Of a stretch of DNA of 64,000 nucleotides, positions 38,171-49,000 are shown in pieces (the first letter of the stretch is position 1; every line of letters begins with the position of its first letter). The position numbers and the translations under genes are program-made. This stretch comes from Candidatus Cryptobacteroides sp. Its GTDB lineage: Bacteria; Bacteroidota; Bacteroidia; Bacteroidales; UBA932. The notes beneath the pieces are model-generated. The model was not told where the DNA came from and did no database searches. It saw only the letters and a program-made list of their open reading frames with translations. The stretch is from assembly GCA_045539115.1 (NCBI GenBank), contig JAZQES010000075.1, positions 46,015 to 110,014 of the forward strand, in the 5' to 3' direction.

Positions 38171-39283
38171 TTACATTGATGATATGATGTCCAAAGCCCT
38201 TGTCAATGTCATGATAAGGGCTTCCGTCGTCTTTACCACCACGTGAGGGCAGATTTCCAGGCAATTCAGAATGAGGGTGACAAGTATGGCGGGAATGATT
38301 ATTCCGGTCAGAGGGATGGCCATGAGGTTCGTCAGCAGGAAATGCATCGGAAAGGTCCCGAAATGGTACCACGCCAGCGGAGCGGTGGTGATCTGACAAG
38401 AAACTGACATTGCTGCTGCGTGCCAGATCTTGCGTCCCGCTCTGACTGCCGCCCTGTCTTCGCGGATGTCCCCCGGCCAGTATGATTTCAGGTGCGGGAG
38501 TATGAAGGCGATTCCGGCCATAGCCGCATAGGAAAGTTGGAATCCGACCGACCTGATGGACAGGGGAGATATGGTCAGTTGGATTATGAGTGCGGAAAAC
38601 AGCAGTTGTCCTGTGCTGTGATATCTGTGGAAGAGCCTTGCCGATTCGGCGAGGAGGATGAACAGGAATGCCCTGACTATGGATGGGCCGGCTCCGGTCG
38701 CCAATGTGTAGAATCCGCATATTGTGATGATGGCCAATGACTTGTGGATGCGTGTCTTCGGCCTGTTGCCGAGGCAGGAAAGTATCCTGATCATTATTGC
38801 GTAGATGATTCCCAGATGCAGTCCTGAAAGTGCCAGGATATGCGATGCGCCGCTTTGACGGAAGGATTCCGTGATTTCTTTCGGGATGTCGCTTTTCTCG
38901 CCTGTTATCAATGCTTTGGAAATGGCGTTGCAGTCTGGGTTTCTGAACGGAATCCGGTCTATGGACGTCTGCATACGGAGTCCGAAGCCTTCTGCCCAAA
39001 GACTGAGGCTCCCTTTGACGTAACTCACCTCGGTCTGACTTGCTGTGATGCCGCAAAGAATGCCTGTGGAAAACGCAGCCATGACGATGAACATGACCGT
39101 TGTCGGACGGGACATCCTTCTCCTGCATGCGGATGCCAGTACAAAGATACATAAGGATACCGATATCAATGACATGAAACCGGCAATGCCGTAGCCGTAT
39201 GGATTGTGTCCGTAATATGCTCCCGGAAGAACTCCGGCCGCGAAAGGTACCGCATACCCCGCTGTTTCTCTCTCCACTGTCAT
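38171..39283 (-). CDS. comEC: ComEC/Rec2 family membrane protein (no metallo-beta-lactamase domain)
   Basis: ALITGEK, HILALSGLHLG, PSIVRA, VGFQLSYAA and NLMAIP motifs; multiple TM segments. Confidence 0.88.
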   Translation of the reverse strand: MTVERETAGYAVPFAAGVLPGAYYGHNPYGYGIAGFMSLISVSLCIFVLASACRRRMSRPTTVMFIVMAAFSTGILCGITASQTEVSYVKGSLSLWAEGFGLRMQTSIDRIPFRNPDCNAISKALITGEKSDIPKEITESFRQSGASHILALSGLHLGIIYAIMIRILSCLGNRPKTRIHKSLAIITICGFYTLATGAGPSIVRAFLFILLAESARLFHRYHSTGQLLFSALIIQLTISPLSIRSVGFQLSYAAMAGIAFILPHLKSYWPGDIREDRAAVRAGRKIWHAAAMSVSCQITTAPLAWYHFGTFPMHFLLTNLMAIPLTGIIIPAILVTLILNCLEICPHVVVKTTEALIMTLTRALDIISSM

Positions 39284-39398
39284 TTCGTACCTGTTTTTTG
39301 CGAAAGTAGCGAAATAATTTTATAACTTTGCAAAGATGGACCGGAATTTCTTAGAAATTTCAACCAAAACAGACAAATCAAAATTAAATTCAGATAAA

Positions 39399-40610
39399 AT
39401 GATCATTTTAGTACTCAATTGCGGAAGTTCGTCACTCAAGTATCAACTTCTTGATATGAAGAGCGAGGAAGTTTATGATCTTCTTGCCAAAGGTCTGGTA
39501 GAGAGGATCGGAATGGAAACAGGCTGCCTCAAGCATCAGGCGACCGGAAAAGAGAAACTTGTGAAGGAAATGCCTATCGAGGATCATACTGTCGGCATCA
39601 GAGCCGTAATGGATGCTCTCCTTGACAAGGAATTCGGAGTCCTCACCACTCTTGAAGATATCGAGGCTGTCGGTCATCGTGTAGTTCATGGTGCAGAGGA
39701 ATTCGTTTCAAGCCAACTTATCACAGACAAGGTGATCTCACAGTTGGAAAGATGTTCTGTCTTCGCTCCGCTTCACAACCCTGCAAACATTCTCGGTATC
39801 AAGGCTGTTTCGGCAGTGCTTCCTACTGTACCTCAGGTGGGCGTTTTCGACACTGCATTCCATCAGACAATGCCTGATTATGCATATATGTATGCCCTTC
39901 CATATGAGTATTATGAGAAATACGGCATCCGCCGCTACGGCTTCCATGGCACAAGCCACAGATATGTATCCGCAAAGGGTGCGAAGTTCGCAGGTCTCGA
40001 ACTCGAGTCGTCAAGAATCATCACCTGTCATCTCGGCAACGGAAGTTCCATCGCAGCCGTAATGAACGGAAAGTCGATCGATACCACAATGGGATTCACG
40101 CCTCTTGAAGGACTCATCATGGGTACAAGATGCGGAAGCATCGACCCTGAGATCGTTACATATATTCAGGAGAAGGAAGGACTTTCAACGGCAGAAATGA
40201 GCAAGGTCCTCAATAAGAAGAGCGGTTTCCTCGGACTTTCATGTGTGTCATCGGATGCCCGTGACCTTGACGAGGCTGCAAATGACGGCAATCCAAAGGC
40301 AAAACTCACTCTCAAGAAACTTACTTACGACATCATCAAGTACATCGGTGCATATACTGCTGCCATGAACGGAGTCGACCTGATCGTGTTTACAGGTGGT
40401 ATAGGTGAGAACAACAGCCGTCTCCGCCGCAGGGTCTGCGAGAATCTCGCATATCTCGGTGTGAAGTTCGATTATGATGCAAATGTTGTAAGAGGTGAGG
40501 ACACCATCATCACTCTTCCTGATTCGAAGGTGAAGGTAGCCCTCATCACTACAAATGAGGAACTCATGATCGCACGTGATACGATGAACATAGTACAGAA
40601 CGAAGAATAG
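39399..40610 (+). CDS. ackA: Acetate kinase
   Basis: LVLNCGSSSLKYQL, GHRVVHG, APLHNP, FDTAFH, YGFHGTSH, CHLGNGSS and MGFTPLEGL motifs. Start moved to 39399; -7 box TAACTTTG at 39323-39330. Confidence 0.97.
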   Translation: MIILVLNCGSSSLKYQLLDMKSEEVYDLLAKGLVERIGMETGCLKHQATGKEKLVKEMPIEDHTVGIRAVMDALLDKEFGVLTTLEDIEAVGHRVVHGAEEFVSSQLITDKVISQLERCSVFAPLHNPANILGIKAVSAVLPTVPQVGVFDTAFHQTMPDYAYMYALPYEYYEKYGIRRYGFHGTSHRYVSAKGAKFAGLELESSRIITCHLGNGSSIAAVMNGKSIDTTMGFTPLEGLIMGTRCGSIDPEIVTYIQEKEGLSTAEMSKVLNKKSGFLGLSCVSSDARDLDEAANDGNPKAKLTLKKLTYDIIKYIGAYTAAMNGVDLIVFTGGIGENNSRLRRRVCENLAYLGVKFDYDANVVRGEDTIITLPDSKVKVALITTNEELMIARDTMNIVQNEE

Positions 40611-40613
40611 CAG

Positions 40614-41519
40614 ATGTTTACAGGTTTTGAGCAGATATTTCTTGAACTCCAGAGCAGGGGAGAGAGAAAAAGAATGATTGCGGCATGGGGAGTCGATACC
40701 CATACTGTGGCGGCAGCAGGCAAGGCGGTTGCTCTTGGTCTTGCTGACGTGACGCTTGTGGGTGACCGCGATATGATCGCTGACGCTTGCCGCGAAGAAG
40801 GTGTGGAAATCGAAAGATTCACCATTGTCCATAACCCTTCTGAAATGCAGTCTGTAGCGCAGGCTGTGCAGATGGTTCGTGAAGGACAGGGCGATTTCCT
40901 CATGAAAGGACTTTGCTCGACTGACAAGTTCCTCCGTGCCATCCTGAACAAGGAGACCGGCCTTCTTCCTCCGAAGGGAACGCTTACGCATTGTACTGCC
41001 CTTGAAATTCCGGGCTATCACAAACTCCTTTTTGTGGGAGATGTGGCTGTCATCCCTGCACCGGATCTGAAGCAGAAGCAGATCATCATGGAATATCTCG
41101 TAAAGACTGCCAAGGCTGTGGGTGTGCAGAAGCCGAAGGTCGCGATCATTGCGGCAACCGAACAGGTTCTTCCAAGCCAGCCGGCTTCCATCGAGGCTGC
41201 GGTGCTTTCGAAGATGGCTGACCGCGGTCAGATCAAGGGATGCATTGCAGACGGACCATTGGCACTTGATGTCGCAATCGATAAGGAATCAGTTGAGATA
41301 AAGGGACTTGTGAGTCCGGTTGCCGGTGATGCCGACTGTCTGCTTTTCCCTAATATCGAGTCCGGAAACGTCTTCTATAAGGCTAATTCCAAACTCGTTG
41401 CAGGGGTTCGTCAGGCAGGTCTGCTTCTGGGTGCGAAGGTTCCATGTGTACTTTCCAGCCGTGCGGACAGCATAGACACGAAACTCAATTCGATTGCACT
41501 GGCTGCGATGTCAGTCTGA
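40614..41519 (+). CDS. ptb: Phosphate butyryltransferase / phosphate acyltransferase (short PTA/PTB family)
   Basis: LMKGL, DVAVIPAP, DGPLALDVA, GDADCLLFPNIESGN and SRADS motifs; 301 aa; directly upstream of buk. Confidence 0.88.
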   Translation: MFTGFEQIFLELQSRGERKRMIAAWGVDTHTVAAAGKAVALGLADVTLVGDRDMIADACREEGVEIERFTIVHNPSEMQSVAQAVQMVREGQGDFLMKGLCSTDKFLRAILNKETGLLPPKGTLTHCTALEIPGYHKLLFVGDVAVIPAPDLKQKQIIMEYLVKTAKAVGVQKPKVAIIAATEQVLPSQPASIEAAVLSKMADRGQIKGCIADGPLALDVAIDKESVEIKGLVSPVAGDADCLLFPNIESGNVFYKANSKLVAGVRQAGLLLGAKVPCVLSSRADSIDTKLNSIALAAMSV

Positions 41520-41553
41520 TATGTACTATAACTAACACAAACTATAACCGATT

Positions 41554-42669
41554 ATGAAAGGTAGAATACTGGTAATCAATACCGGCTCCACCTCGACAAA
41601 GATTGCAGTTTACGATTCGGGAGAGATGATGTTCGACAAGAACCTCACTCACTCGGCTGAAGAAATTGCACAATACGAATCCGTGATGGATCAGACGCCT
41701 ATGCGCCGTGATTCCATCACGGATTTTCTTTTGGAGAAAGGTGTCGGCCTGGCTTCGATAGATGTTGCCATGGCAAGAGGCGGTCTCATCACTCCTATCA
41801 GGACAGGTGTCTATGAAGTGAATCAGGAAATGCGTGATGCCCTTATGGCTGCAAAGGAAGGTGCCCATGCATGTAATCTCAGTGCCCTTATCGCTGACGA
41901 CATAGCGGTGATGGTCAATGAGGCACGTGCTGCGGAAGGCATTCCTGAAAAATGCCGTGCATTCATTGCAGATCCTCCTATGGCTGACGAAATGCTTCCG
42001 GAAGTAAAGGTGGGAGGACTCCCTGAGTTCCCTCGCAGAACCCTTTTCCATGCCCTTAATTCCCGTGCGATGGTACGCCGTTACGCCAGAAGCATAGGAA
42101 AGACGAACAAGGAGGTGACAGTGATTGTCGCCCATATGGGTGGCGGCTCATCTGTCTCTCTTCACAGGAACGGTCTGGTGATAGACACGAATGACGCATT
42201 GGGCGGAGACGGCCCTATAAGTCCGGAGAGAGCGGGTTCTGTTCCGGCATTCCCATTGGTTGAAATGTGTTTCAGCGGCGAATTTACCAAGGATCAGATA
42301 AAGAAGAAACTTGTGGGAAGAGGTGGTTCCGTGGCTTATTTCGGTACCAACGATTTCAGGGAACTGAAATCACGTGCCGAGTCCGGAGACAATGATTGTG
42401 CTACTTTCCTCAAAGGCTACTGCGTATCAGTCGCCAAATATATCGGTGCGCTTGCAACAGTAGTGAACGGCAAGGTTGACGCCATCATCCTCACAGGAGG
42501 AATCGCCAATGCAAAGGACCTCGTCGCAGACATAAAGGAACGTGTTGAATTCATCGCTCCGGTAGAGATCTATGCCGGTGAAAACGAACTGGAGTCTCTT
42601 GCGGAAAACGGTTACGGCATTCTTGCAGGCGAGTTTGACATAAAGTATTATCATCCTGACCATTTTTGA
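41554..42669 (+). CDS. buk: Butyrate kinase
   Basis: ILVINTGSTSTKIA, ARGGL, HACNL, FHALN, AHMGGG, GPISPERAG, ILTGGIA and GENELESLA motifs. Confidence 0.95.
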   Translation: MKGRILVINTGSTSTKIAVYDSGEMMFDKNLTHSAEEIAQYESVMDQTPMRRDSITDFLLEKGVGLASIDVAMARGGLITPIRTGVYEVNQEMRDALMAAKEGAHACNLSALIADDIAVMVNEARAAEGIPEKCRAFIADPPMADEMLPEVKVGGLPEFPRRTLFHALNSRAMVRRYARSIGKTNKEVTVIVAHMGGGSSVSLHRNGLVIDTNDALGGDGPISPERAGSVPAFPLVEMCFSGEFTKDQIKKKLVGRGGSVAYFGTNDFRELKSRAESGDNDCATFLKGYCVSVAKYIGALATVVNGKVDAIILTGGIANAKDLVADIKERVEFIAPVEIYAGENELESLAENGYGILAGEFDIKYYHPDHF

Positions 42670-42708
42670 TAATTTATCACTGTTAAGCGATAAAAAATAC
42701 CCTAGGTC

Positions 42709-42755
42709 AAGCCTGTTATTGATTATATTTGCGATAATCACTAACAGGCTTTTCT
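42709..42755 (+). terminator. 18-bp near-perfect inverted repeat: probable ack-ptb-buk terminator overlapping the PUL promoter -7 box
   Basis: AAGCCTGTTATTGATTAT / ATTTGCG / ATAATCACTAACAGGCTT (17 of 18 paired), then TTCTT; TATATTTG at 42724-42731. Confidence 0.6.
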
Positions 42756-42756
42756 T

Positions 42757-44370
42757 ATGACCTCATCTCACATCAGATTCACAATGTATGCAGCCGCCCT
42801 TATTTCGGGCTTGTTCATGCTCTCATGCACTTCAGATTATGAATTTGCGTATCTTTACAAGGACCTGCCTTTTGAAATGGCAAGGGTGGAACGCCCTCAG
42901 ATCCCGCCGCGTGAAATATCAATATCGGATTTCGGAGGAGTCGGAGACGGTGTCACTCTCAACACGGACGCGTTTGCTGATGCCATAGATGTCCTTGTCG
43001 AGCATGGCGGAGGACGTCTGACAGTCCCTGCAGGCGTATGGCTTACCGGTCCTATCACTCTGAAGGATAATATCGAACTTCATGTCGAGCCTGATGCGGT
43101 TCTCCTGTTTTCTACCGACCGCAACCTGTATCCGATAGTTGAGACGGTATTCGAGGGACTTGATACGAGAAGATGTCTCGCTCCTATCAATGCTGACGGT
43201 GCGAAGAATATCGCTATAACCGGAGGCGGAACCATCGACGGAAACGGTGATTCGTGGAGGCAGGTGAAGAAGTCCAAGATTGCCCCGTCTCAGTGGAAGG
43301 AACTTCTTGCTGGCGGTGGATTCACCAATGACAAAGGCAATGTCTGGTATCCTGATTCAAGTTCGTTCCGTGGCTCTATTGTAAGCGATGCCTTCAATGT
43401 TCCTCAGGGACTCGTTTCTGATGAGGAATGGAATAGCGTCAAGACCTATCTGCGTCCTGTGCTGATCGGTCTCAAGAATTGTGAGAATGTCCTTCTTGAG
43501 GACTGCCTTTTCCAGAATTCACCATGCTGGAACATACATCCTCTTATGTGCAGGAATGTGATAATCAATAATGTCACGGTAAGAAATCCTTGGTATTCGC
43601 AGAACGGTGACGGTCTTGATGTTGATTCGTGCGAAGATGTGCTTGTGATCAATTCCAGTTTCGATGTCGGCGATGATGCGATCTGCATAAAATCCGGAAA
43701 GAATGAAGACGGCCGCAGAAGGGCAAGGCCTTGCAGGAATCTGATTGTGGACAATTGCATCGTGTTCCATGGACATGGCGGTTTTGTAGTGGGCAGCGAG
43801 ATGTCGGGTGGAGTCCAGAACATCAAGGTTTCCAACTGCCGTTTCCTCGGTACTGATGTCGGCCTTCGTTTCAAGAGTTGTCGCGGAAGAGGTGGTGTCG
43901 TTGAAAACATATTCATCGAAAATATCGTCATGATGAACATTCCTACAGAACCTCTGCTCTTCGACCTTCACTATGGCGGAAAATCGGCTGTGGAGGCCGC
44001 TGCGGACGGAACACCGTCTTTCGACGTCGAATATGTGCCGGCAGATGTCACGACCCCTCAGTTCCGCAACATCATGATTCGTGACGTGATATGCAGCGGT
44101 GCTGCACGTGCTATGTATTTCAACGGAATCCCTGAAAAGAACATCGAGAACATCGTCGTGGAAGATTGTGAGATAGTTTCGGAAAAAGGAGCCGATCTTC
44201 GCTATTCGACCGGAGTCGTGCTGAAGAATGTGGATATCACACAGTCTGAAGGTCAGGGATACAGTCTTGCAAACTGTACCAATGTTGTCATCAGCAACTG
44301 CTCGGACGCTTCGGGAAGCCAGGGTGCAGATGTATTCCAGTATAATTCCAATAATGTTGTAATCGAGTGA
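42757..44370 (+). CDS. GH28 polygalacturonase-family lipoprotein
   Basis: Lipobox MLSC; QNSPCWNIHP, QNGDGLD, VGDDAICIKSG, GHGGFVVGSE and GLRFKS motifs (NTD-like/DD/GHG/RxK). Confidence 0.93.
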   Translation: MTSSHIRFTMYAAALISGLFMLSCTSDYEFAYLYKDLPFEMARVERPQIPPREISISDFGGVGDGVTLNTDAFADAIDVLVEHGGGRLTVPAGVWLTGPITLKDNIELHVEPDAVLLFSTDRNLYPIVETVFEGLDTRRCLAPINADGAKNIAITGGGTIDGNGDSWRQVKKSKIAPSQWKELLAGGGFTNDKGNVWYPDSSSFRGSIVSDAFNVPQGLVSDEEWNSVKTYLRPVLIGLKNCENVLLEDCLFQNSPCWNIHPLMCRNVIINNVTVRNPWYSQNGDGLDVDSCEDVLVINSSFDVGDDAICIKSGKNEDGRRRARPCRNLIVDNCIVFHGHGGFVVGSEMSGGVQNIKVSNCRFLGTDVGLRFKSCRGRGGVVENIFIENIVMMNIPTEPLLFDLHYGGKSAVEAAADGTPSFDVEYVPADVTTPQFRNIMIRDVICSGAARAMYFNGIPEKNIENIVVEDCEIVSEKGADLRYSTGVVLKNVDITQSEGQGYSLANCTNVVISNCSDASGSQGADVFQYNSNNVVIE

Positions 44371-46064
44371 TGATGAAAAGGATATTGTTATTTGCGGTGT
44401 CTGCCTTCATGTCAGTTTCGGTGGCGGCACAGGATAAGTTGGTGCTTCGTCTCATGGGTGATTCAACAATGGCCGACAAGGACCTTTCCTATGAGAATCC
44501 TGAAAGAGGATGGGGTCAGAGATTGAAGTCTCATGTGGATACTAATGTCGTGGTCGCCAATTATGCCCAGAACGGCCGCAGCACCAAGAGTGTGCAGACC
44601 CTCGGCATATGGGACAGGGTCAAGAATGACCTCAAGGCCGGTGAATATCTTTTCATCCAGTTCGGTCATAACGATTCCAAGGAATCCGACACCACAAGAT
44701 ATGCTGCTCCATATGGTGCTTATCAGGACAATATCCGTCTTTTTGTGGATCATGCTCTCAGTGTGGGAGCAAAGCCGATTCTATTCACTCCTGTGTCAAG
44801 ACGCTGGTTCGACGACGAGGGTAAATTGAAGACGGAATGTCACGGCGATTACCCTGATGCAGTAAAGCAGGTTGCCGCCGAATACGGCCTTCCGCTCATC
44901 GATGCGAATGCCATTACCCAGGAATGGCTGTCTTCATTGGGTGACGAACCTTCACGCAAATACTATATGTGGGTGGAGAAGGGTACCAATCCGAAACATC
45001 CTGACGGAAAGATTGACAATACACATACGAATGTCGCAGGAGCAAGGCAGATCGTGAATCTTCTCCTTCCGGAGATCGTCAAGGTCATTCCGGAACTGGC
45101 GTCTCATGTAGTTGACTATGATTTCGTTGTCGCAAAGGATGGAAGCGGGGATTTCTTCACAGTCCAGGAAGCAGTGAACGCTTCACCTGACTATTGCAAG
45201 CAGGATGAGACGACGATCTACATAAAGGACGGCATATATAATGAGAAGGTAACCGTTCCGACAAGCAAGCAGAGGCTTCACCTCATCGGCCAGTCGGCGG
45301 ACAAGACCGTCATAACATGGAGCGACTATGCCAAGAAGACCGGACCTACCGGTTACGAGATGGGAACATCCGCGACATCCACGGTATTCCTTTATGCAAG
45401 TGATTTCCTCGCTGAAAACATCACTGTCGAGAACGCCTCAGGTGAAGGCAAGGAGATCGGACAGGCATGTGCGATTACGGTAGACGGCGACCGTGTGGCA
45501 TTCATCAACTGCCGTTTCATAGGCAATCAGGATACAATCTACACATATGGCAAGGGACAGCGTCAGTATTACCGCGGATGTTGGATAGAAGGCACTACAG
45601 ACTTTATTTTCGGCGCTTCCACCTGCTGGTTTGAAGACTGTACCATCCTCAGCAAGAAGAACAGTTACATCACTGCGGCCTCTACTCCGGAAAATGAAAA
45701 GTTCGGTTATGTGTTCAGGAACTGCCGTCTGATTCATGATGAAAATGCTTCTGAGGTGTATCTGGGACGTCCTTGGAGATCATATGCCAAGACCGTCTTC
45801 ATCAACTGTGATCTTTCAGACCATATCCTGAAGGAAGGATGGCATAACTGGAGCAAGCCTTATGCAGAGAAGACCACTTTCTATGCGGAATATGGAAATA
45901 CCGGACCTGGTGCCGCCGGCCCGAAGGAAAGAGTTTCATGGTCTCATTTCCTTAAAGAAAAGGAACTGAAGCAATATACTCCTGAGAATGTCCTTCAATG
46001 CGGAAGCGAGCAGGACAAGCATGGCAAGGATGTGAAGGTGGAGTGGTATTTCAAAGTATTTTAG
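44367..46064 (+). CDS. Fusion of CE12 (SGNH acetylesterase) and CE8 pectin methylesterase
   Basis: N-terminal half: GDST, GWG, NGRST, QFGHND and DNTH. C-terminal half: VVAKDGSGDFFTVQEAV, GQACA, GNQDT, GTTDFIFG and LGRPWR. Confidence 0.92.
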   Translation: MMMKRILLFAVSAFMSVSVAAQDKLVLRLMGDSTMADKDLSYENPERGWGQRLKSHVDTNVVVANYAQNGRSTKSVQTLGIWDRVKNDLKAGEYLFIQFGHNDSKESDTTRYAAPYGAYQDNIRLFVDHALSVGAKPILFTPVSRRWFDDEGKLKTECHGDYPDAVKQVAAEYGLPLIDANAITQEWLSSLGDEPSRKYYMWVEKGTNPKHPDGKIDNTHTNVAGARQIVNLLLPEIVKVIPELASHVVDYDFVVAKDGSGDFFTVQEAVNASPDYCKQDETTIYIKDGIYNEKVTVPTSKQRLHLIGQSADKTVITWSDYAKKTGPTGYEMGTSATSTVFLYASDFLAENITVENASGEGKEIGQACAITVDGDRVAFINCRFIGNQDTIYTYGKGQRQYYRGCWIEGTTDFIFGASTCWFEDCTILSKKNSYITAASTPENEKFGYVFRNCRLIHDENASEVYLGRPWRSYAKTVFINCDLSDHILKEGWHNWSKPYAEKTTFYAEYGNTGPGAAGPKERVSWSHFLKEKELKQYTPENVLQCGSEQDKHGKDVKVEWYFKVF

Positions 46065-46095
46065 TAACTTTACGGGTATATGCAACCGTAGATTT

Positions 46096-49000
46096 ATGAA
46101 GTCATCAGCGAAAGAAATACTGATAGCGGCCTTGGTCGTCTTGGCGGGAACGGTCTTCCATGAAATGAAGGCCGAGCCACTGGAGTTCATATATGAACAT
46201 TATTCATCTGACGACGGTCTGCCTCATAATTCCATATGTGACATCCATCAGGACAAAAGAGGCTACTTATGGCTGTGTACATGGTACGGTCTGAGCCGTT
46301 ATGACGGTAACACTTTCGTGAATTATACGATGAAGCCGGGTGATTATTCCAATCTTTCCCATAACAGGATCCTGTCTGTGGAGGAAGATATGGAAGGATA
46401 TCTCTGGGTAACTGCGTATGATTATCATCTTTATCGCTTTGACGTTGATAGTGAGGTGTTTGTCTCCATACCTGGCGATCTTGAAGGTCTTGAGCCGGTC
46501 AATGCCAAAGTGGATAACCTCCTTTGCTCTTCGAATGGCGATGTCTGGGCTTCATTCTCCGGCTTCGGACTGTTGAGGATATCTCCTGACCTTGAATACA
46601 CTTCATATTTCGGCGGGAGCGAGTCACTGGGCCGTGAAATCACATCCATCCATGAAGATTCGGAAGGCACAGTCTATGCGGTTTCCGAGACCGGGATAAC
46701 GATGTTCAGGGATGGACAGGTTTCTCTGCTGTCCCGAAATGACGAAGTCCTTTCGTTTGCGGAATTTGACGGCAAACTGTTTTTCGTTTCTCCGGATCAG
46801 ATGCTTGCTGTTGACATGGTGACAAGAGAGCAGAACAACATGGATCTCTCATCCCTCGGTCTTGGAAATGCTGCTGCAATGACCATTACAGGAGACCGCC
46901 TGTTTGTCGGCTTTCATGATGGGGCAGTCGCCTCTCTTGATGCCGTATCCATGAGACTGTCGCCGCATACGGCTGATATGGGACGTGTAAGGTATCTTTT
47001 CCCGGATCCGGAGGGCCTTCTGTGGATCGCTACGGAAAGGACCGGAATATGGTATTTTGATTCTGACAATGACCGGTTCAGGCATTTTGAACATCCGAAC
47101 AATGTGATGTCCTATTATGTGGATACCCTTGCCCGTGTGGAAACAAGAGGGGACAGGACATGGATCAAGATGAACAACTGGGGCTTCGGCTATTATGACA
47201 GGTGCTGTGATGACATCGTGCCCTTGAACAATGTCAAGGAACAGGAAGGCAGTCTTTTCATGAACGGAGTGGCATGCTTTGACATAGATGCTTCCGGAGT
47301 GCTCTGGATGTCGACTGTGGGCAGAGGTCTTGAAAGAGTGATGCTGATCGCACCCAAGGTGGATGTGCTTGATCCGCCGACCCGTTACGATGACCAGTTG
47401 TCTTCTTCCGAGGTGAGGGCGATGCTGAAGGATAGTAAAGGGCAGTTATGGGCCGCGACAAAGAGCCGGGAATTGTTCAGATACTCATCTGACCTTTCTT
47501 CATGCCGTCGTTTCCCTGATTCTGAAAGCGGTGACATCGGAGTCATTTATTCGATTTTTGAAGACTCTGACGGAAATATCTGGCTTGGAACAAAAGGTGA
47601 CGGACTCATCAGGATGACACCTGAAGGGAACGGATATTCCTGGAAGAGGTTCAGGAAGGATCTTGCCCGAAATAATGCATTGACTTCCAATAATATATAT
47701 TCTATCGAACAGGATAAGGACGGACGCATATGGATCGGTACGTATGGCGGCGGCATCGCCATGCTCACAGACCCGGACAGTGACGCTTTTGTCACGGTCA
47801 GGAATAATTTCCCCGATTATCCGCAGGAATTGGGAGACAGAGTGAGATACCTTCATTGCATGCCTGATGGACGTATGCTTGTGGCTACGGTAAGCGGACT
47901 GATCATGTTCGAGCCTTCCGACAGTCCGGAACTGACAACCTTCACAATGATTACAAAGATTCCGGGTGACCGTCATTCTCTTGGCAACAACGATGTCATC
48001 CACATGTTCACTGACAGTAAAGGATGCACGTGGCTGAGTACATTCGGAGGTGGACTGAACCGTCTGTATTTCGAGGGTGATCTTCCAAGATTCGAGATTA
48101 TCAGTACCGATGACGGTCTTGCAAGCAATATAGTTCATTCTGCGACAGAAGATCATGACGGTGTGATATGGCTTGCAACTGAATCCGGTCTCTCTTCTTA
48201 TGACCCTGAGTCGTCATCTGTGCGTAATTTCACTAAATATGATGGAATCAGTCCTACATCATTCAGTGAGGCGACATGCGCTTCGCTTGATGACGGCAGC
48301 GTAGTCTTCGGTACTACAGATGACATTTACAGGATATATCCTGAGAATTTTGAAAGTACCCGCAAAGACAGCCGTATAGTGATTTCCGGCTTGAATATAG
48401 ATGGTGTCAGGACTCCGTTCTCAGATCAGATAGTAATTCCTCATGACTGCTCCTTCTTCAGAATTGATTTCGCTTCCCTTGATTTCGGGGCCGGGGCAGA
48501 CAAGAACTTTTCATACATTCTTGAAGGTTATGACAAGAAATGGATCACCGATCCTGGAATCAACCGTGTCACATACTCACGCATCCCTCCGGGAAATTAT
48601 GTCTTCAAGGTCAGGGAGGCTGGTGCTGACGGATCTTCCGATGACAGTGTAGCCAGCATAAAGGTACGTGTCAAGCCGTCTGTATGGGCGACAGTACCTG
48701 CCCTGGTCATATATGTCCTTCTGGGACTCGGTCTGCTTGCTCTCCTGCTCAAGATAATCTCGACTTCGGTAAAATTACGTAACAATGTACGCGTCGAGAA
48801 GAGCCTCAATGAGATAAAGGGACGTTTCTTTACAAATGTCTCCCATGAACTTCGTACTCCGCTTACACTGATTCTTGGAGGCATCGATGAGATAAGCCGC
48901 AAGACTCCGGACGGAGATCCTGTAGAGTACAGTGTGAACATGGTTCAGAAGAATGCCAGAAGAATGCTCACGCTTGTGAACCAACTGCTTGATACTCGTT

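Noticed and set aside
38112-39152. 346-aa ORF overlapping comEC in another frame
   Set aside because: Arg/His/Pro-rich low-information sequence; the comEC frame carries the conserved motifs.
39336-39398. N-terminal extensions in the ORF track (ackA 39336, lolA-like 33132, ABC-F 23083, glpT 19747, PL1 52783, DUF4252-like 5268)
   Set aside because: They overlap promoters or upstream genes; family motifs and signal peptides begin at the downstream ATGs used here.
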